64,000 nucleotides of DNA, from positions 40,062 to 104,061 of the forward strand of contig CAWEHK010000030.1 in assembly GCA_963808625.1 (NCBI GenBank), written 5' to 3'. Positions 10,086-22,900 of this stretch are shown here, piece after piece. This stretch comes from an uncultured delta proteobacterium (GTDB taxonomy: Bacteria > Desulfobacterota > Syntrophobacteria > Syntrophobacterales > Syntrophobacteraceae). Positions within the stretch are counted from its first letter, which is position 1; each line of letters starts with the position of its first letter. A model generated the notes under the pieces. The model did no database searches. It was given only the letters and a program-made list of their open reading frames with translations, and was not told the origin of the DNA. A program made the translations under genes and the position numbers.

Positions 10086-10849
10086 TCAAAGGTTTACGCG
10101 CAGGCCTTTGCTTTGGAGGTATTCCTTGACCTGCCGGATACTGAAAGTGCGGTAATGGAAAACCGAAGCGGCGAGCAAAACCTGGGCACCTCCCTGGGTG
10201 ACGGCTTCGTAGAAATGCTCCAGTTTTCCAGCGCCCCCCGAGGCAATGACCGGTACGCTGACGGCATCGGAAATCGCCCTGGTAAATGCCAGATCATAGC
10301 CCGCCTGTGTGCCGTCACCATCCATGCTGGTCGGCAACACGGTCCCCGCCCCGAGGTCCTGGCATTCTTTGGCCCACAACACAGCATCCTTCCGACAGGC
10401 TTGGTGCCGCCGGCAATGACCAATTCGAACCCCGAGGGCATCGACGCGTTCCTTTTGCCATCAATGGCCACGGTCACTTTTTCCGACCCGAACGCCTTGG
10501 CTGCCTGCCTGACGAGGCCCGGGCTGTTTACGGCGGCACTGTTCATCGAGATTTTTGCGGCGCCGGCATCAAGAACCAATTCGATATCTTCCAGCGTGGC
10601 AATGCCTCCTCCGACGGTGAGGGGCATCTTGATCACCGATGACACGTTCTTCACCCATTCCAGCCTGGTTTTTCGGTTCTCCAGCGTGGCTGCGATATCA
10701 AGCATGGCCAGTTCGTCGGCCCCCTCCTTTTCATAGAAGGCGGCATTTTCCACCGGGTCGCCGGCATCCCGCAAGTTTACGAAATTGATCCCCTTGACTA
10801 CCCGTCCGTTTTTCATGTCGAGACACGGCATAACCTTAATCACTTCCAT
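10086..10849 (-). CDS. hisF: Imidazole glycerol phosphate synthase cyclase subunit (frameshift near 10380)
   Basis: [66 protein letters not shown]. Confidence 0.93.
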
Positions 10850-10968
10850 AAAACCTCCCTTTACCGAACATGTTTTTTCACAAAGTGTCTTCGAATCTTC
10901 GGGTCTTTCGACGGTGAAAGAAGACGTTCTATTCTTCTTGCCATTCCCGGCTCGATGGCTACGGATTA

Positions 10969-12938
<1,970 letters not shown>

Positions 12939-13153
12939 GTCAACCCTCCCTGGTCACTATCTGGTTTCGTTTGAGCCCTCCCTCCCGGTGGGCTATGATC
13001 TATGCGATGCGCAGAAGCAGAATGCCACGAAGAAAGTTCGCAACAGTACGACCGATCCCGACGGCAGCTGTCTATTCACGAATGCAGAAGCAGAAGCCAG
13101 AAGAAAGTTCGCAAGAGCCGGTGAAACACAAGAAACCATGGGAGTCTCAGAAC

Positions 13154-13227
13154 GTCATTCCCGCATGTTTTCGGCGGGAACCCAGCACTCCGATCGTCAT
13201 TCCCGCATGCTTTCGGCGGGAATCCAG
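13154..13227. repeat. Two tandem GTCATTCCCGC...GCGGGAATCCAG palindromic repeats (RPE/dRS3-like)
   Basis: gtcattcccgcatgttttcggcgggaacccag and gtcattcccgcatgctttcggcgggaatccag. Confidence 0.85.
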
Positions 13228-13429
13228 AGGTTGCAGAAGAGCTCGTGCGTCCACGTCAATCAAGAAGGTCCGTCATGGATTGGTAACTAGCTGCTTTTCC
13301 AAGGTTTTTTATAACAGATATGGTGACGGCTGTCAAGCGCATGTTGCGGCCAGTAAATCTTGCCGGCACCAGTGCTCTCACTTTGCCCGTTTTCGGGATA
13401 CTGCTATCCAAGGACGCTCTTTACGTCGG

Positions 13430-15010
13430 TCAAACCGTGTAGGTGAAGTAGCGCCAGTCGCTCCAGGGACAGATTCTGCTGCCCACCTTGGTGCGGACAC
13501 GCCACCGGCCGCGTTGGGCTTCGATGAACATATGCTCATAGTCGGTATCGCTGAGTGTACCCGAAACGAACCAGGTGAGCCCTGCTTCCGCAGCCCACTG
13601 TCCTGCAATGTGGGCACCGAAGGTGTCAAGTTCGATATTATATGTCGCATGTCTTAAGCCGATTGGATCCCAGCGGAAGTTGGTCCGGCGCGGGAAATGG
13701 TCGAAGGTTTCACCCTCAAGCGGGTCACGCAGAGTGGGGATGACGCCGCTCCACCAGTTAAGGGTCGGGTCGCCGAGAAGCACCAACCCGTAATACCACC
13801 GCCGCTCACTGAGATCATGCGTGCTGCCGAGAGCCTTCCACCAATCGGTGAAAGCCTCGCCAATGGTTTTCCCCGCTCCCATCGGACCGTAAAAGTTTTC
13901 GAACAACAGCATCGAACCCGCCTTCGTGCTTCCGACGGCAGCGAGCCCATTGCAGGGTGAGCCACCACGCTTGTTGAAGACATACCAGCCGGCCATGTAT
14001 TCCGCTTGGGTGAAGCGTGCGTTGCTGCAGGCGAAAAGGTTGTAAAAGTATGCGTTTGGGGGATTTGTGTCACGCAAGTAGGTGTTGGGAACCGACTCCT
14101 TCCCGGTCGGGACCTTGAAAGTATGGCTGGCCGGTGACGAGTGCGCGCAAACTTGAGCCCAGGCGCGGCGCTGGTTGATTTCGGCCTTGTAGCGATCGAC
14201 GTTGGTTGTTGCCGGCTCGGTTATCGTCTCAATATTGGCCGGTGCGAACATCTGATCAAAAGCACAGTCGTCAAAGTGATCCCAATCATCGTCCACATAG
14301 GCGAGGGCGCGGTCGGAATAACCGAAGACTCCTTTGCGGAACTTGTGATTGCGGCTGAAATAGTCTTTGAGCAAGGCGGCGTTGTTGCCATTTTTCGACG
14401 GTGTCCAGAGGCGGCCGACCCAGATTTCAGGCTCAACACCGGTCGGATGTCCGCTGAACTTGCCGTCGCCATCCGGATCGTCCCACGCGCCGTTGAGGTC
14501 CATATAGTAAAGATCACAGGGAAACTCTGCGGCCCCATTGAAGTCATCGGTCATCTCGAACCAGGCGACCGGCAAATTGCCAACCATCAGGACCCCGGCG
14601 ACGGGCAACTTCTCTTTGATAAAATCGCGCAACTCCGCCGGGGTGCCACCCTTTACCCGGTAGGCCACAGCATAGTAACCCTCGTAGGCGAGGTCCTCGA
14701 TGTATTGTTCAATCGATGCCTTGATCGAAGGATAGACGTTGTGGTTGACCAATACGAGGATCTTGCCTTTGGGGAACTGCAGTGGTGAGTAAGTCTGGAG
14801 GTAGCGCAGGTCCGATGCAAAGGCGGGCCGCGCCTGCTCTGCCGCCACGAGGGCAGCAGGCGGTGCAAGCCGCCGATACTCGGCGAAAGATTGAGGTGGT
14901 AAGCCGTCTTTATCGATGTACTCGAGGTTGCGAACTCGGGAATAGTCGATCTTGAACGAACGCAATTGCCGTACTTTGCTGACATCGATGCTTGAAAATT
15001 TATCAGCCAT
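13430..15010 (-). CDS. Peptidase C25 (gingipain-like) domain protein with C-terminal FN3/Ig-like domain
   Basis: VLMVGNLP, CDLYYMDLNG, PEIWVGRL, CAHSS (catalytic His), FACSNARF (catalytic Cys), GKTIGEAF, LLGDP; RBS ggagg. Confidence 0.8.
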   Translation of the reverse strand: MADKFSSIDVSKVRQLRSFKIDYSRVRNLEYIDKDGLPPQSFAEYRRLAPPAALVAAEQARPAFASDLRYLQTYSPLQFPKGKILVLVNHNVYPSIKASIEQYIEDLAYEGYYAVAYRVKGGTPAELRDFIKEKLPVAGVLMVGNLPVAWFEMTDDFNGAAEFPCDLYYMDLNGAWDDPDGDGKFSGHPTGVEPEIWVGRLWTPSKNGNNAALLKDYFSRNHKFRKGVFGYSDRALAYVDDDWDHFDDCAFDQMFAPANIETITEPATTNVDRYKAEINQRRAWAQVCAHSSPASHTFKVPTGKESVPNTYLRDTNPPNAYFYNLFACSNARFTQAEYMAGWYVFNKRGGSPCNGLAAVGSTKAGSMLLFENFYGPMGAGKTIGEAFTDWWKALGSTHDLSERRWYYGLVLLGDPTLNWWSGVIPTLRDPLEGETFDHFPRRTNFRWDPIGLRHATYNIELDTFGAHIAGQWAAEAGLTWFVSGTLSDTDYEHMFIEAQRGRWRVRTKVGSRICPWSDWRYFTYTV

Positions 15011-15086
15011 TGCGATCCTCCTTTCGGTCTTTTTGCGACCACCCTTGAAGACCATCCAGCGCAAAGCGGTTCATTGCAATGACAGA

Positions 15087-15188
15087 GCTCAACGGCGGCT
15101 CATAACCAGCGGCCGGAGTGACAGGCTGCGCGGAAAATACACAAAGCAATCGACTCATCCGGCTCTGGTGAACTACTCATCTTTAGGG
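15087..15188 (-). other. attC-like recombination site (degenerate)
   Basis: Minus strand: CCCTAAA..CACCAG-A-GCCGGA...TCCGGC-CG-CTGGT..GAGCCGCC-GTTGAGC; begins at the probable stop codon of the upstream gene. Confidence 0.5.
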
Positions 15189-16065
15189 TGCAAGCTTCTG
15201 CGCCTGCGAACAGGCTGTGGTCGGGGTCTCTTTCAAACAACTTCGATACTGTCGACACATTTTCCTCTTTGCTCTCTCCCTTCATCCGGAGATGCTTCAG
15301 CCAATTGGTTTCAAGTCCCGGCAGACCGATCCCGAACACCTCCGTAAAAGGCCTGTCCTTTTCCTGAGAGAGTCGTTGCAGCCGCTTGATCTTGTCGATG
15401 CCGTAGGTCTTAAACAGATAGTTTCCAAAAGACCCCGTTTCGGCATACGCTTTGTGCTGTTTGGTTTTATCAAAAACCGAAAGTTTGCCGCCCCCGGCGT
15501 CCTTCATCCCCCATGACTCATGATCGGGCCCCAATTCGTTCAAGGGGATGGTTGATTTTGTTGCCAGAAGAGCCAATACCCATTCGTCACTGCTGAATCC
15601 ACACATAGGGAAAGTTAACGGATTTCCGATTTGCGCTTCGGTAAGAATGCCCATCATGTTGCGAATCAATTTATCCTTTTGGGGAAAGACCGCACTGGTA
15701 AGCTTGTGTGCCATCATTTGCGGCGGTCCTTCAGCTTTGAAGACGCGAACGATGCGAGCCCGTCCACCATCCTTCTGTTCCCAGTAAAAGACGCTGGAAT
15801 AGATATCCCTCCGCGGGGCATCGAAAACGACCCGTATCTTTCCCCACCGGTCTTTTCCGGAATCGGCGGACCAAAACGCAAGAACACGCTCCAGCATAGC
15901 CTGCGCTTGATCGGCGAGGAGTTTAAGCTGCTCATTCGACACTTTGCCGGTGGCATCGCTAACGATGAGGTCACGGGTTTCAATGGTTGTGCTCGCGGCC
16001 TGGGATAACCCGGCGATCAAGAGACCGGCTACCAGGATTGATACGGCAATCGCTCTTCTGATCAT
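15183..16065 (-). CDS. Secreted peptidase-MA/gluzincin-like protein with degenerate HExxH motif
   Basis: Signal peptide MIRRAIAVSILVAGLLIAGLSQA; MMAHKLTSA at the HExxH position; AYAETGSFGNYLFKTYGIDKIKRL; probable true stop at 15183 after a frameshift. Confidence 0.65.
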
Positions 16066-16113
16066 GGCTTTCTGTCCTTTCCAATTATCCGCGTCCCATC
16101 GCGGCCGCACGAA

Positions 16114-16182
16114 CGCCAACAAATGATCCAACCTGTCAGCACCTTCGCCACTGCGAAGTAACGCCCAGCGAATTGGTCCGAC
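16114..16182 (-). other. Weak attC-like site
   Basis: Central CTTCGC-AGTG-GCGAAG hairpin ending CAGGTTG-GATCATTT-GTTGGCG about 50 bp before the next ATG. Confidence 0.3.
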
Positions 16183-16301
16183 TGCCGCTCCGGGATTCTC
16201 GAACTCCAGATTGAAAAGGCCCCGAGTGTCGCTTTCATGTTCGTATCTGGCGCTTCAGCAGGAAGATGTCTTCAAGGGGTTCCGGACGCCCCTGATGGGG
16301 T

Positions 16302-18672
16302 TCACTCGAAGTCGTCTTCGGTCTCGAATGTTACGTCAGGCAGGATCTTGACGCCTTGTTTTGTCTTCCAAACCGCAGCCGCGACTCTATGTGACCTGAA
16401 TGTCCCGCCCCGGACCCACGAGCTGGAATCCGGCCCAGAACATGAGGTCGCGCTGCTTCTCGATCGCACAGAGCCGCCGCAATTTGCAGCGCGCGCGCCG
16501 GGTCGGCATCGTTCGAAGCCCGGTGAGAAGTCGAGCATGAAAAATACTTTGCCGGCGCGATCGGGCAGCGGCCATAGCCACCGAGTACGTTACCGGTGCC
16601 GGCCGTAATAAATGCCGCGAGGAGACCCAATGGCTGATCGCCCGGTCCGTACGGCGCACACGACACCGTCGCAGCACGTTTAGCGCCACGAGCCGGACCC
16701 GCGACAGATCAATCTCGCGGACCTACACGGGCTGTGCAGCGCCCCGTCTTCACGGAAGATGGCGTCAGCCGGACACGATGGCCGTTGCGCGGATCGCGAC
16801 GGTCGAGTTGACCATGCGCCGCGAAGTGAAGCGCGTCTGCCAGACGGTCAATCGGGCCCCTTGACCCGCTTCTCGGTGGCGTCGTCCCCGGTGAGCACGG
16901 TGACTTCCATCGGCCAAGTGAGCTGGTTCGTGATGCGCTCGACCTCGTCCTGCGCATCCACGAGATTTCCCGGTATGCCGGCACCCTGAATTTGCCGGAT
17001 TGCCGACCGCAAACAGATGCCGCATCGGGGTCCCCCAATGCCGTTGCATGTTGAGCCACACGCTCGCGCTCGGTGCAGTGGTCAGCGGCACCCGCTCAAT
17101 CAGGTGGCGACCCTCGGCATCCAGCAGTGCACCGAATGGCACCAGGTGCAACGGGCCGTGCGGCACCACGATCCAGCGCCGGTACTGCTCCGGCTCGAAA
17201 CCAGCTTTCGATCAGCGATTGGAACGGAGCCGACCGCTTAAACAACGTCTGCAGAATTGGCCGCGCTTGGTCGTCATTTCGGATGAGAATGGCCTCGCGC
17301 GCCCGTGCGACCAAATCCGAGAGTGGGGCCTGACTCGAGTACCCGTCCTGAGCCGAGCGAAAGCTGCCCACCGGTCCTGATGTCAGCGTACGCACACCGC
17401 ATCGCCGCCCCTTCTCGGCGCACCGGAATCGTCGACCAGTCCTTGTACTTTCGGGCTATACGGGTCAGCGCGGAATGTAGAACTCAATCAACAGTTCGCC
17501 CTCTTTGAGCTAGTTTGCATTGAGGCGAGTACGCTGGCTAGCCGCGTTCCCAGAAAGGCCAGCCTTTGCGCCGCACGGTTTCTGGTTCCGCCTGCCGCAA
17601 TTTCTCATGCATTTATCTTATATTCATCGGCGTGGAACCCGATCACCGGATTGGGCGAATGAAATCCCGGGACCGATCGGAAGTTGGCTGACCTGTTTCC
17701 AGACTCCTTGATGATGTTATCCGAGAAGCTCCTCGATCCCGGAACGAACATGCAGTTGCCGTCCGCGTGCTCATCTTCGGTATCGGCTTCATCCTGCCAT
17801 GGCGCACACGCGGTGCTATGCGACAACCGCTCAGTTCGTCCAGTAAAACCCGCGCCTGGCAGCGTCAACGCCTCGGCAACCGCGAACATATCTTTCCGGC
17901 GTGGTGTGTTGGATCTGAAAGCCTGACGGACGGGTGCGATGCCAGAAGTCGTGGATATAGCTGCTGCATTTCGTGGGAGCCGTCCGTCCACGGATGTGAA
18001 AGATGCACGCGCCGTGTCGATGGTCGCCTCGATATGCTCAGCCAGCGTGCGTGCAAATCGGCCCGTTGCTGGTGCCGCGCTGCCGACAGGCCAAGCAGCA
18101 ACGCGTAGAACCGATCGTCTGTTCGGAAATTTCGCACCCGAGAATTTTCTCAGGCGCTCCAGCGCGGCGGCATGCCTCTCGCCGACGATTTCCAGGTGCG
18201 CGAGCGCGCAATGCACCCGCCAGCGGCCGCCCAGGTAATAGTGGGCGATCCCCAGTGGCTTTACATCGGCATCGGGCCGAACGGCACCAGGTTGGCGGCG
18301 AGGTTGCGGTGCGGCCCAAAGCCAGGAGGGAGTTTATCAGATCGAGCCCTTTGTGATGGCGACCGTGCACGAAGATGAGATCGGAAGCCAACGCCTCCGC
18401 AAGCCGGTCCTGCCAGAACTCGAGGTCGTCGCTGGGCAGTGCGCGAATGGCGCCAAGACCTTCGAAACGCGTGAGGAACTCTGTCTCATGTCAACCACGC
18501 TGGGCTCATCAGGCGTGATGATCTCGAACAGTGAATACGCCAGGTGATAAAGCCTCGCCGCGGTCACGAACAAGGCGCCCGCTTCTTCGACATAGCCCCG
18601 ACGCATCGCGAGTTCCGCTAACATTCTGGCGATTTCCGAGGATTGGATGGCCGACGGAACCTGCTCCTCCAT
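16302..18672 (-). CDS. CHAT (caspase-like) domain protein with helical N-terminal region; heavily frameshifted, possibly a pseudogene
   Basis: Fragments VPHGPLHLVPFGALLDAEGRHLIERVPLTTAPSASV, LFAVGNP, LHFAAHG, GLLAAFITAG, ARALQIA, WAGFQLVG; helical N-terminus (IARMLAELAMRRGYVEEAGALF). Confidence 0.8.
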
Positions 18673-18678
18673 CCTGAT

Positions 18679-19729
18679 TCACGCTCGAGGCTTCTTGATC
18701 TTCTGACCTTCGGTGAAGGTACGGGGACAACGGCGGAAAAACCAGCGCATCGGCAACGGAGCCCAGCCGAAAGCCGACGCCAGTTTCATGCCGATCGCAT
18801 GCACCACCAACTCGCTCATCCTCAGCGCGCGCCCCTTGGCACTCTCGTCAGGCCGTTCGATTTTCACAGCTTGATCTCCGTAATCAACGACCGTCGCAAC
18901 ACCGCAAGGCGCTGCCTTGAACACCAGCCAGTGCCTACGGAACGGCAATACCCCGAGTTGAACGCAGACATTGAGACGCTTCACGTGCTCGGAGACCTTT
19001 ACCACGACCCAGGACTGGAATTCGCTGGATCCCGTTAGTTCGGACGTGAGGTTGTAACGCCACTGCACCCTCGACTCGTTCAATCCGCTGGCCTCAATAC
19101 GCGCCCGGCGCAGATCGTACCGAAACGGACCAGCGACGAACAATCCGCCCACATCAACCTCTGCAGACACCTTCGGTAAACCGTTGGCCTGAGCCACGTC
19201 ATCCGGAACCACGAAACTCAACCCACCGGTTAGGCCGACGGTGCGCCGGGTTTCGACTTTGAGGATGCTTTCCCGAATCTCCGGCGGAGAGAAGTCTGGC
19301 ACGCGCGCGGCTCACCATCACCGCCTGCTGGTAAGAGCACGCGAACTCAACCGCAAACTCGGCTCTCGTCGGGCGCGAGTCGCTTGCGGCAGACTGAGGA
19401 AGAAACACCAATTCTATCAGGTGGAATTCGAAACCCTGAACTTCCTTCGCGACCTTGATCTTCGACGGTACCAGCGTGGCCCGATTCACGGCAGCAGCGC
19501 AGAGCAACGGGTAAGCTTCAACTGACGAGGCGATGAGCACCCCTTCCTTGTAAACACCAATGATCTCGCGGCGAGCTTCCGTGTTCGGGTCGGTGGCGCG
19601 CGCCAGAGTGAGCGCGTTAGCACCTTTGGCGTTTAAGTTGTGCTCTCCAAGTGGAATGAGTTGCTCTTCAAGCTCATCCAGTTCTTCAGGGGCGAATTGG
19701 ATGTGATCAATCATGTGGGTAAAGGTCAT
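18679..19729 (-). CDS. Uncharacterised beta-strand-rich protein directly upstream of the CHAT gene (frameshift near 19300)
   Basis: Strong RBS AAGGAGGAG before MTFTHMID; ORFs 19199-19828 and 18679-19302 join; stop codon 6 bp before the CHAT start. Confidence 0.7.
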
Positions 19730-19907
19730 CCTGGTCTCCTCCTTGTCTTGCATATCCAAGAAGTTGGCTAGAGGAGTGGCGTAAGCGATGGGCTGCAATG
19801 CCCTGGTAATCATGGACACCTCCTCCACAGGCAGGTTTACTGTATGGTAACAAAAGGACAGCTGACTGAAGAAAGGGGGAAATCATATGAGATTTCTATA
19901 CCAGGCA

Positions 19908-19976
19908 AGACGACATGGTTATCACCTGCTGGCGGCCTTCCGCATTGCCTGAATCCTGGTGACCGGCAATTCAAAC
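19908..19976 (-). other. attC-like site (canonical box spacing, degenerate cores)
   Basis: GTTTGAA-TTGCC-GGTCACCA-GG-A...AGGTGAT-AACCAT-GTCGTCT (7-5-8...7-6-7); the methyltransferase stop codon lies in the first box. Confidence 0.5.
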
Positions 19977-20700
19977 AGTCTGCCTCAGAACGTAGATCGC
20001 CCAGGGGGCTATCGTCGTTTCACTCACCCACGAGAACGGTTCGGTCTCCTGCGCCAGGGGGCGGTAGGTGTTGAGCGCGACCAAGCCGGCCTGCTTGTAG
20101 ACCTCCAGGTAGTCCTCATCCTTCCACAGGATGTCTTCCACGGGGCGGCGATCCGCGACGTCGAGCATGACAATACGAACCTTCTCTCCGCTCCGCGCCG
20201 TGCGGTTCTCGGGATAGGCCCTGGTTGAAAACGAGGCCCATTCATTGACGTAGATCTCCGGGGTCGATACAACGGTCACAATGCGGCCGTTTTCCTTCAG
20301 CAACCGTCTCAAGGACTGAAAGGCGGCAACCTTCTTTTCCATCGTTGGAATATTGTCGAAGGTGAAGGCGGCGAGGACGAGATCATAGGTGTTCGCCGCA
20401 AGCCCGGTGAGGCCGTCCTCGGTCACGAGCAGATACTGTCCCTTGGGGTCCCGCTGCCGAGCCCGTGCGAGCATTGCTCCGAAATGTCGACGCCAACAAC
20501 GTCAAAGCCCAACTCTCGCAAGAACCGGGTCGAGCGCCCGGCCCCGCAGCCGAAGTCAACAGCCGCCTTTCCGTGAATGTGTTCGCGGAGGATCGCCGGC
20601 AGGTCTCGGAATGCCAAGTAATATGTCCCCGGGAACTCAAGCTCGGCATAGGCGTCTGCACGGGCTCGGTCCTCGTAGACGTTATGGAATCCGTGCTCAT
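19971..20700 (-). CDS. Class I SAM-dependent methyltransferase (frameshifted)
   Basis: AVDFGCGAGRSTRFL, VVGVDISE, YDLVLAAFTFDNIP, LLKENGRIV. Confidence 0.9.
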
Positions 20701-20718
20701 CCTTGCTCCTCCTGGCGG

Positions 20719-20827
20719 TGCTGACGACGAGCCAACCGGCCGCGCCGAAGTAAAGAAGGCCTCGGAATTTAGTGACTTCTCTTGAATACCTTGCGATACC
20801 GCGATCCGGTTGATCGCCAGGTTAGCT
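20719..20827 (-). other. attC-like recombination site
   Basis: AGCTAAC-CTGGC-GATCAACC-GG-A-TCGCG...CGCGG-CC-GGTTGGC-TCGTC-GTCAGCA: R''/L''/extrahelical A/L'/R' layout. Confidence 0.7.
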
Positions 20828-21125
20828 CCTTCCTTTCATTTTTAATCCATGCGGGGTTGCGACGCATAGGCAAGACCGCAACAACGTAAGCAATGTCATC
20901 CACAATTTCGTAGTAGATGGCATAGGGAAATCGTTTGGCAAGCATTCGGTAGAGACCATACTCTCTCTTATGAATGCCTGCATAGATTACCAGGGATTCG
21001 ATATCGGCAAGTAGACTATCCCAGAAGTAATCACCAACACCGGATTCTCTTTGATCATAAAAGGCTTTTCCGTCGTTCAGGTCATCAGCGACCTCTTTCA
21101 GTATGACGACATCTTTAACTTTCAT
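20769..21125 (-). CDS. Type II toxin, RelE/ParE family (true stop probably at 20822, inside the attC box)
   Basis: ADDLNDGKAFYDQRESGVGDYF...YRMLAKRFPYAIYY..VVAVLPMRRNPAWI. Confidence 0.85.
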   Translation of the reverse strand: MKVKDVVILKEVADDLNDGKAFYDQRESGVGDYFWDSLLADIESLVIYAGIHKREYGLYRMLAKRFPYAIYYEIVDDIAYVVAVLPMRRNPAWIKNERKELTWRSTGSRYRKVFKRSH

Positions 21126-21328
21126 GATTTACGGCTCGCCCTCAACTTCTCAAGAGAGATGAATTCTGCTTTGCCGGTTTCGATCTTTCTTTTTCTCTCT
21201 TCAAGGATGTCCCGATGCCATTCAGGGGATTCTATTTCGGATTCTTCATCAACAAGTGAATCCCAAAGCGCCTCCATGGCTTGAAGACGCTCAATTCTGC
21301 TCATTTTCTTGATTTCCAGTGTATTCAT
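21122..21328 (-). CDS. Putative addiction module antitoxin (TIGR02574-like)
   Basis: MSRIERLQAMEALWDSL...SPEWHRDILEERKRKIETGKAEFISLEKL; ATGA overlap with the toxin gene. Confidence 0.88.
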   Translation of the reverse strand: MNTLEIKKMSRIERLQAMEALWDSLVDEESEIESPEWHRDILEERKRKIETGKAEFISLEKLRASRKS

Positions 21329-21389
21329 CTTGGTTCCTTCCTGTAAGCCCCAATACCGGTCCGCTACGGCAAGGTCGTGGCCCTGAAGA

Positions 21390-22900
21390 GCTAATTTGGT
21401 ACGATCCTCAAATTTGTTGGTGCTTCTATTTTGTAACCCTTTTCCTTGAGCATTTCTCGCAGAATTTACTGCGGAATCCCGTGTTTCTTTAATTTCATGA
21501 GCTGGGACCCTGTTTTCCTTAAGCCACTGCTCTGTGACTGCACCAACTGTCTTGTCTAATGCAGATTTCTCTTATGCTTTGCCCTGCCATTTCCTGTGAG
21601 TTCGCTATACTCAAAAAAGGAAATTTAACTAAAACCAAGGAACATATGCAAGGAATACAGAACTTAAAGTCTTAATAACAAAGCTACCCTCTTGCCAATA
21701 TTCATAGGTTCCATGTTAATAACCCCTTGTTCTATTAATTTGCATCTTTACATTCTGAGCGGTTTGTTTCATAACAGTAACATAAAATTAAATAAATAAA
21801 CTTTTGCTCGAAGTTTAGTTCATTGTTAAGTCATGACAATTTTTAGGCTTTCGAGCTCTTTATAAATATACTTATCTTTAAGGTTTTCTGAATTTTCCAA
21901 ATCCTACTTGTTGAATGCATAAACGTTCTGTTAGAACTGCCCCATCAACACATAATTTAATAATTTCGCGTAGGCTCAATAATACCTCTTCACCTTCTAT
22001 TGTGCCAGGTTTCCCACCGATGTCTTCATGGCTTCAATAAGCTTGACCAAAAAGCACTTTCTCGCACTTATTATGCCCCTAATTCTACTGTGTTCCACGA
22101 TATCCTTACATATTCTTCTTTCATAAGCATCGAGAATCGTTGGCATATAAATCACCATAAATATCAGAAGACCTAAGTTAACATTTTGACAACCACACAT
22201 GACAAGGATTAAGATAAATACACCAATTATATATTTGTAGTATAATTCGTATTGTATTTTAAAGGACCGCGCATATGAGGCTGCTCAATACAGTTGATAA
22301 CCCCATTATAAAGGATAAAATAATGTACCATGGATATGCTTCAAAAGGAGTCCACGGTTTCTGATGGCATTTGCTATAGCATATGTAAAAATGCCTGGAA
22401 ATATTGACATAAATGTAAGTGAACCGGTGAAAATTTTATCTATGCTTTTAGGCATTTCATCATTACTAATATTAGTAGTCTTCTTGTTTTGTATCATATT
22501 GTTTATGCCTGTCATATATGTTTAATACAGTTTATCCTATTTTATACACATTCTTTGTTTTAGTACAGAGTAGGAATGGGCAGGTACTATAAAAACCCTA
22601 ATATTTGCTTAGCTGCGATATTTCTGTGTCAATGTAATCATGGCAAAATGATTAATTGTAAGCCTATTGAGTGTTCAATATCCCACAGCAGGCTATAGCC
22701 TAATTACACTATCACAAAAACGAATAGGTCTCACTCCTATGAAAGTGCAACATCGAGTAACGTATAAGATGCGCAAAAAAGACTATGCCGTTCACGGTGA
22801 GGAGACTTAAGTGGACTGAAAGTGATTCCTTCTTTAAGACGGCAAACGGCACCCTAAGGATATGGAAACCAGAGATTTTGCAATATTTTTCTTACTGAGC
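21390..22900 (-). pseudogene. AT-rich segment with decayed ORF remnants
   Basis: Sharp drop in GC; broken ORFs, including a lipobox-like IIGVFILILVMCGCQ and a fragment ending APTNLRIVPN. Confidence 0.5.

Noticed and set aside
10086..10849. Standalone hisF as a novel pathway component
   Set aside because: Sequence is a typical HisF and scattered his genes or paralogs are common; nothing in the context supports a new role.
18679..19729. Canonical bacterial gasdermin next to the CHAT gene
   Set aside because: Lacks the N-terminal Cys and GY...P...PL pattern of bacterial gasdermins; kept only as a possible analog.
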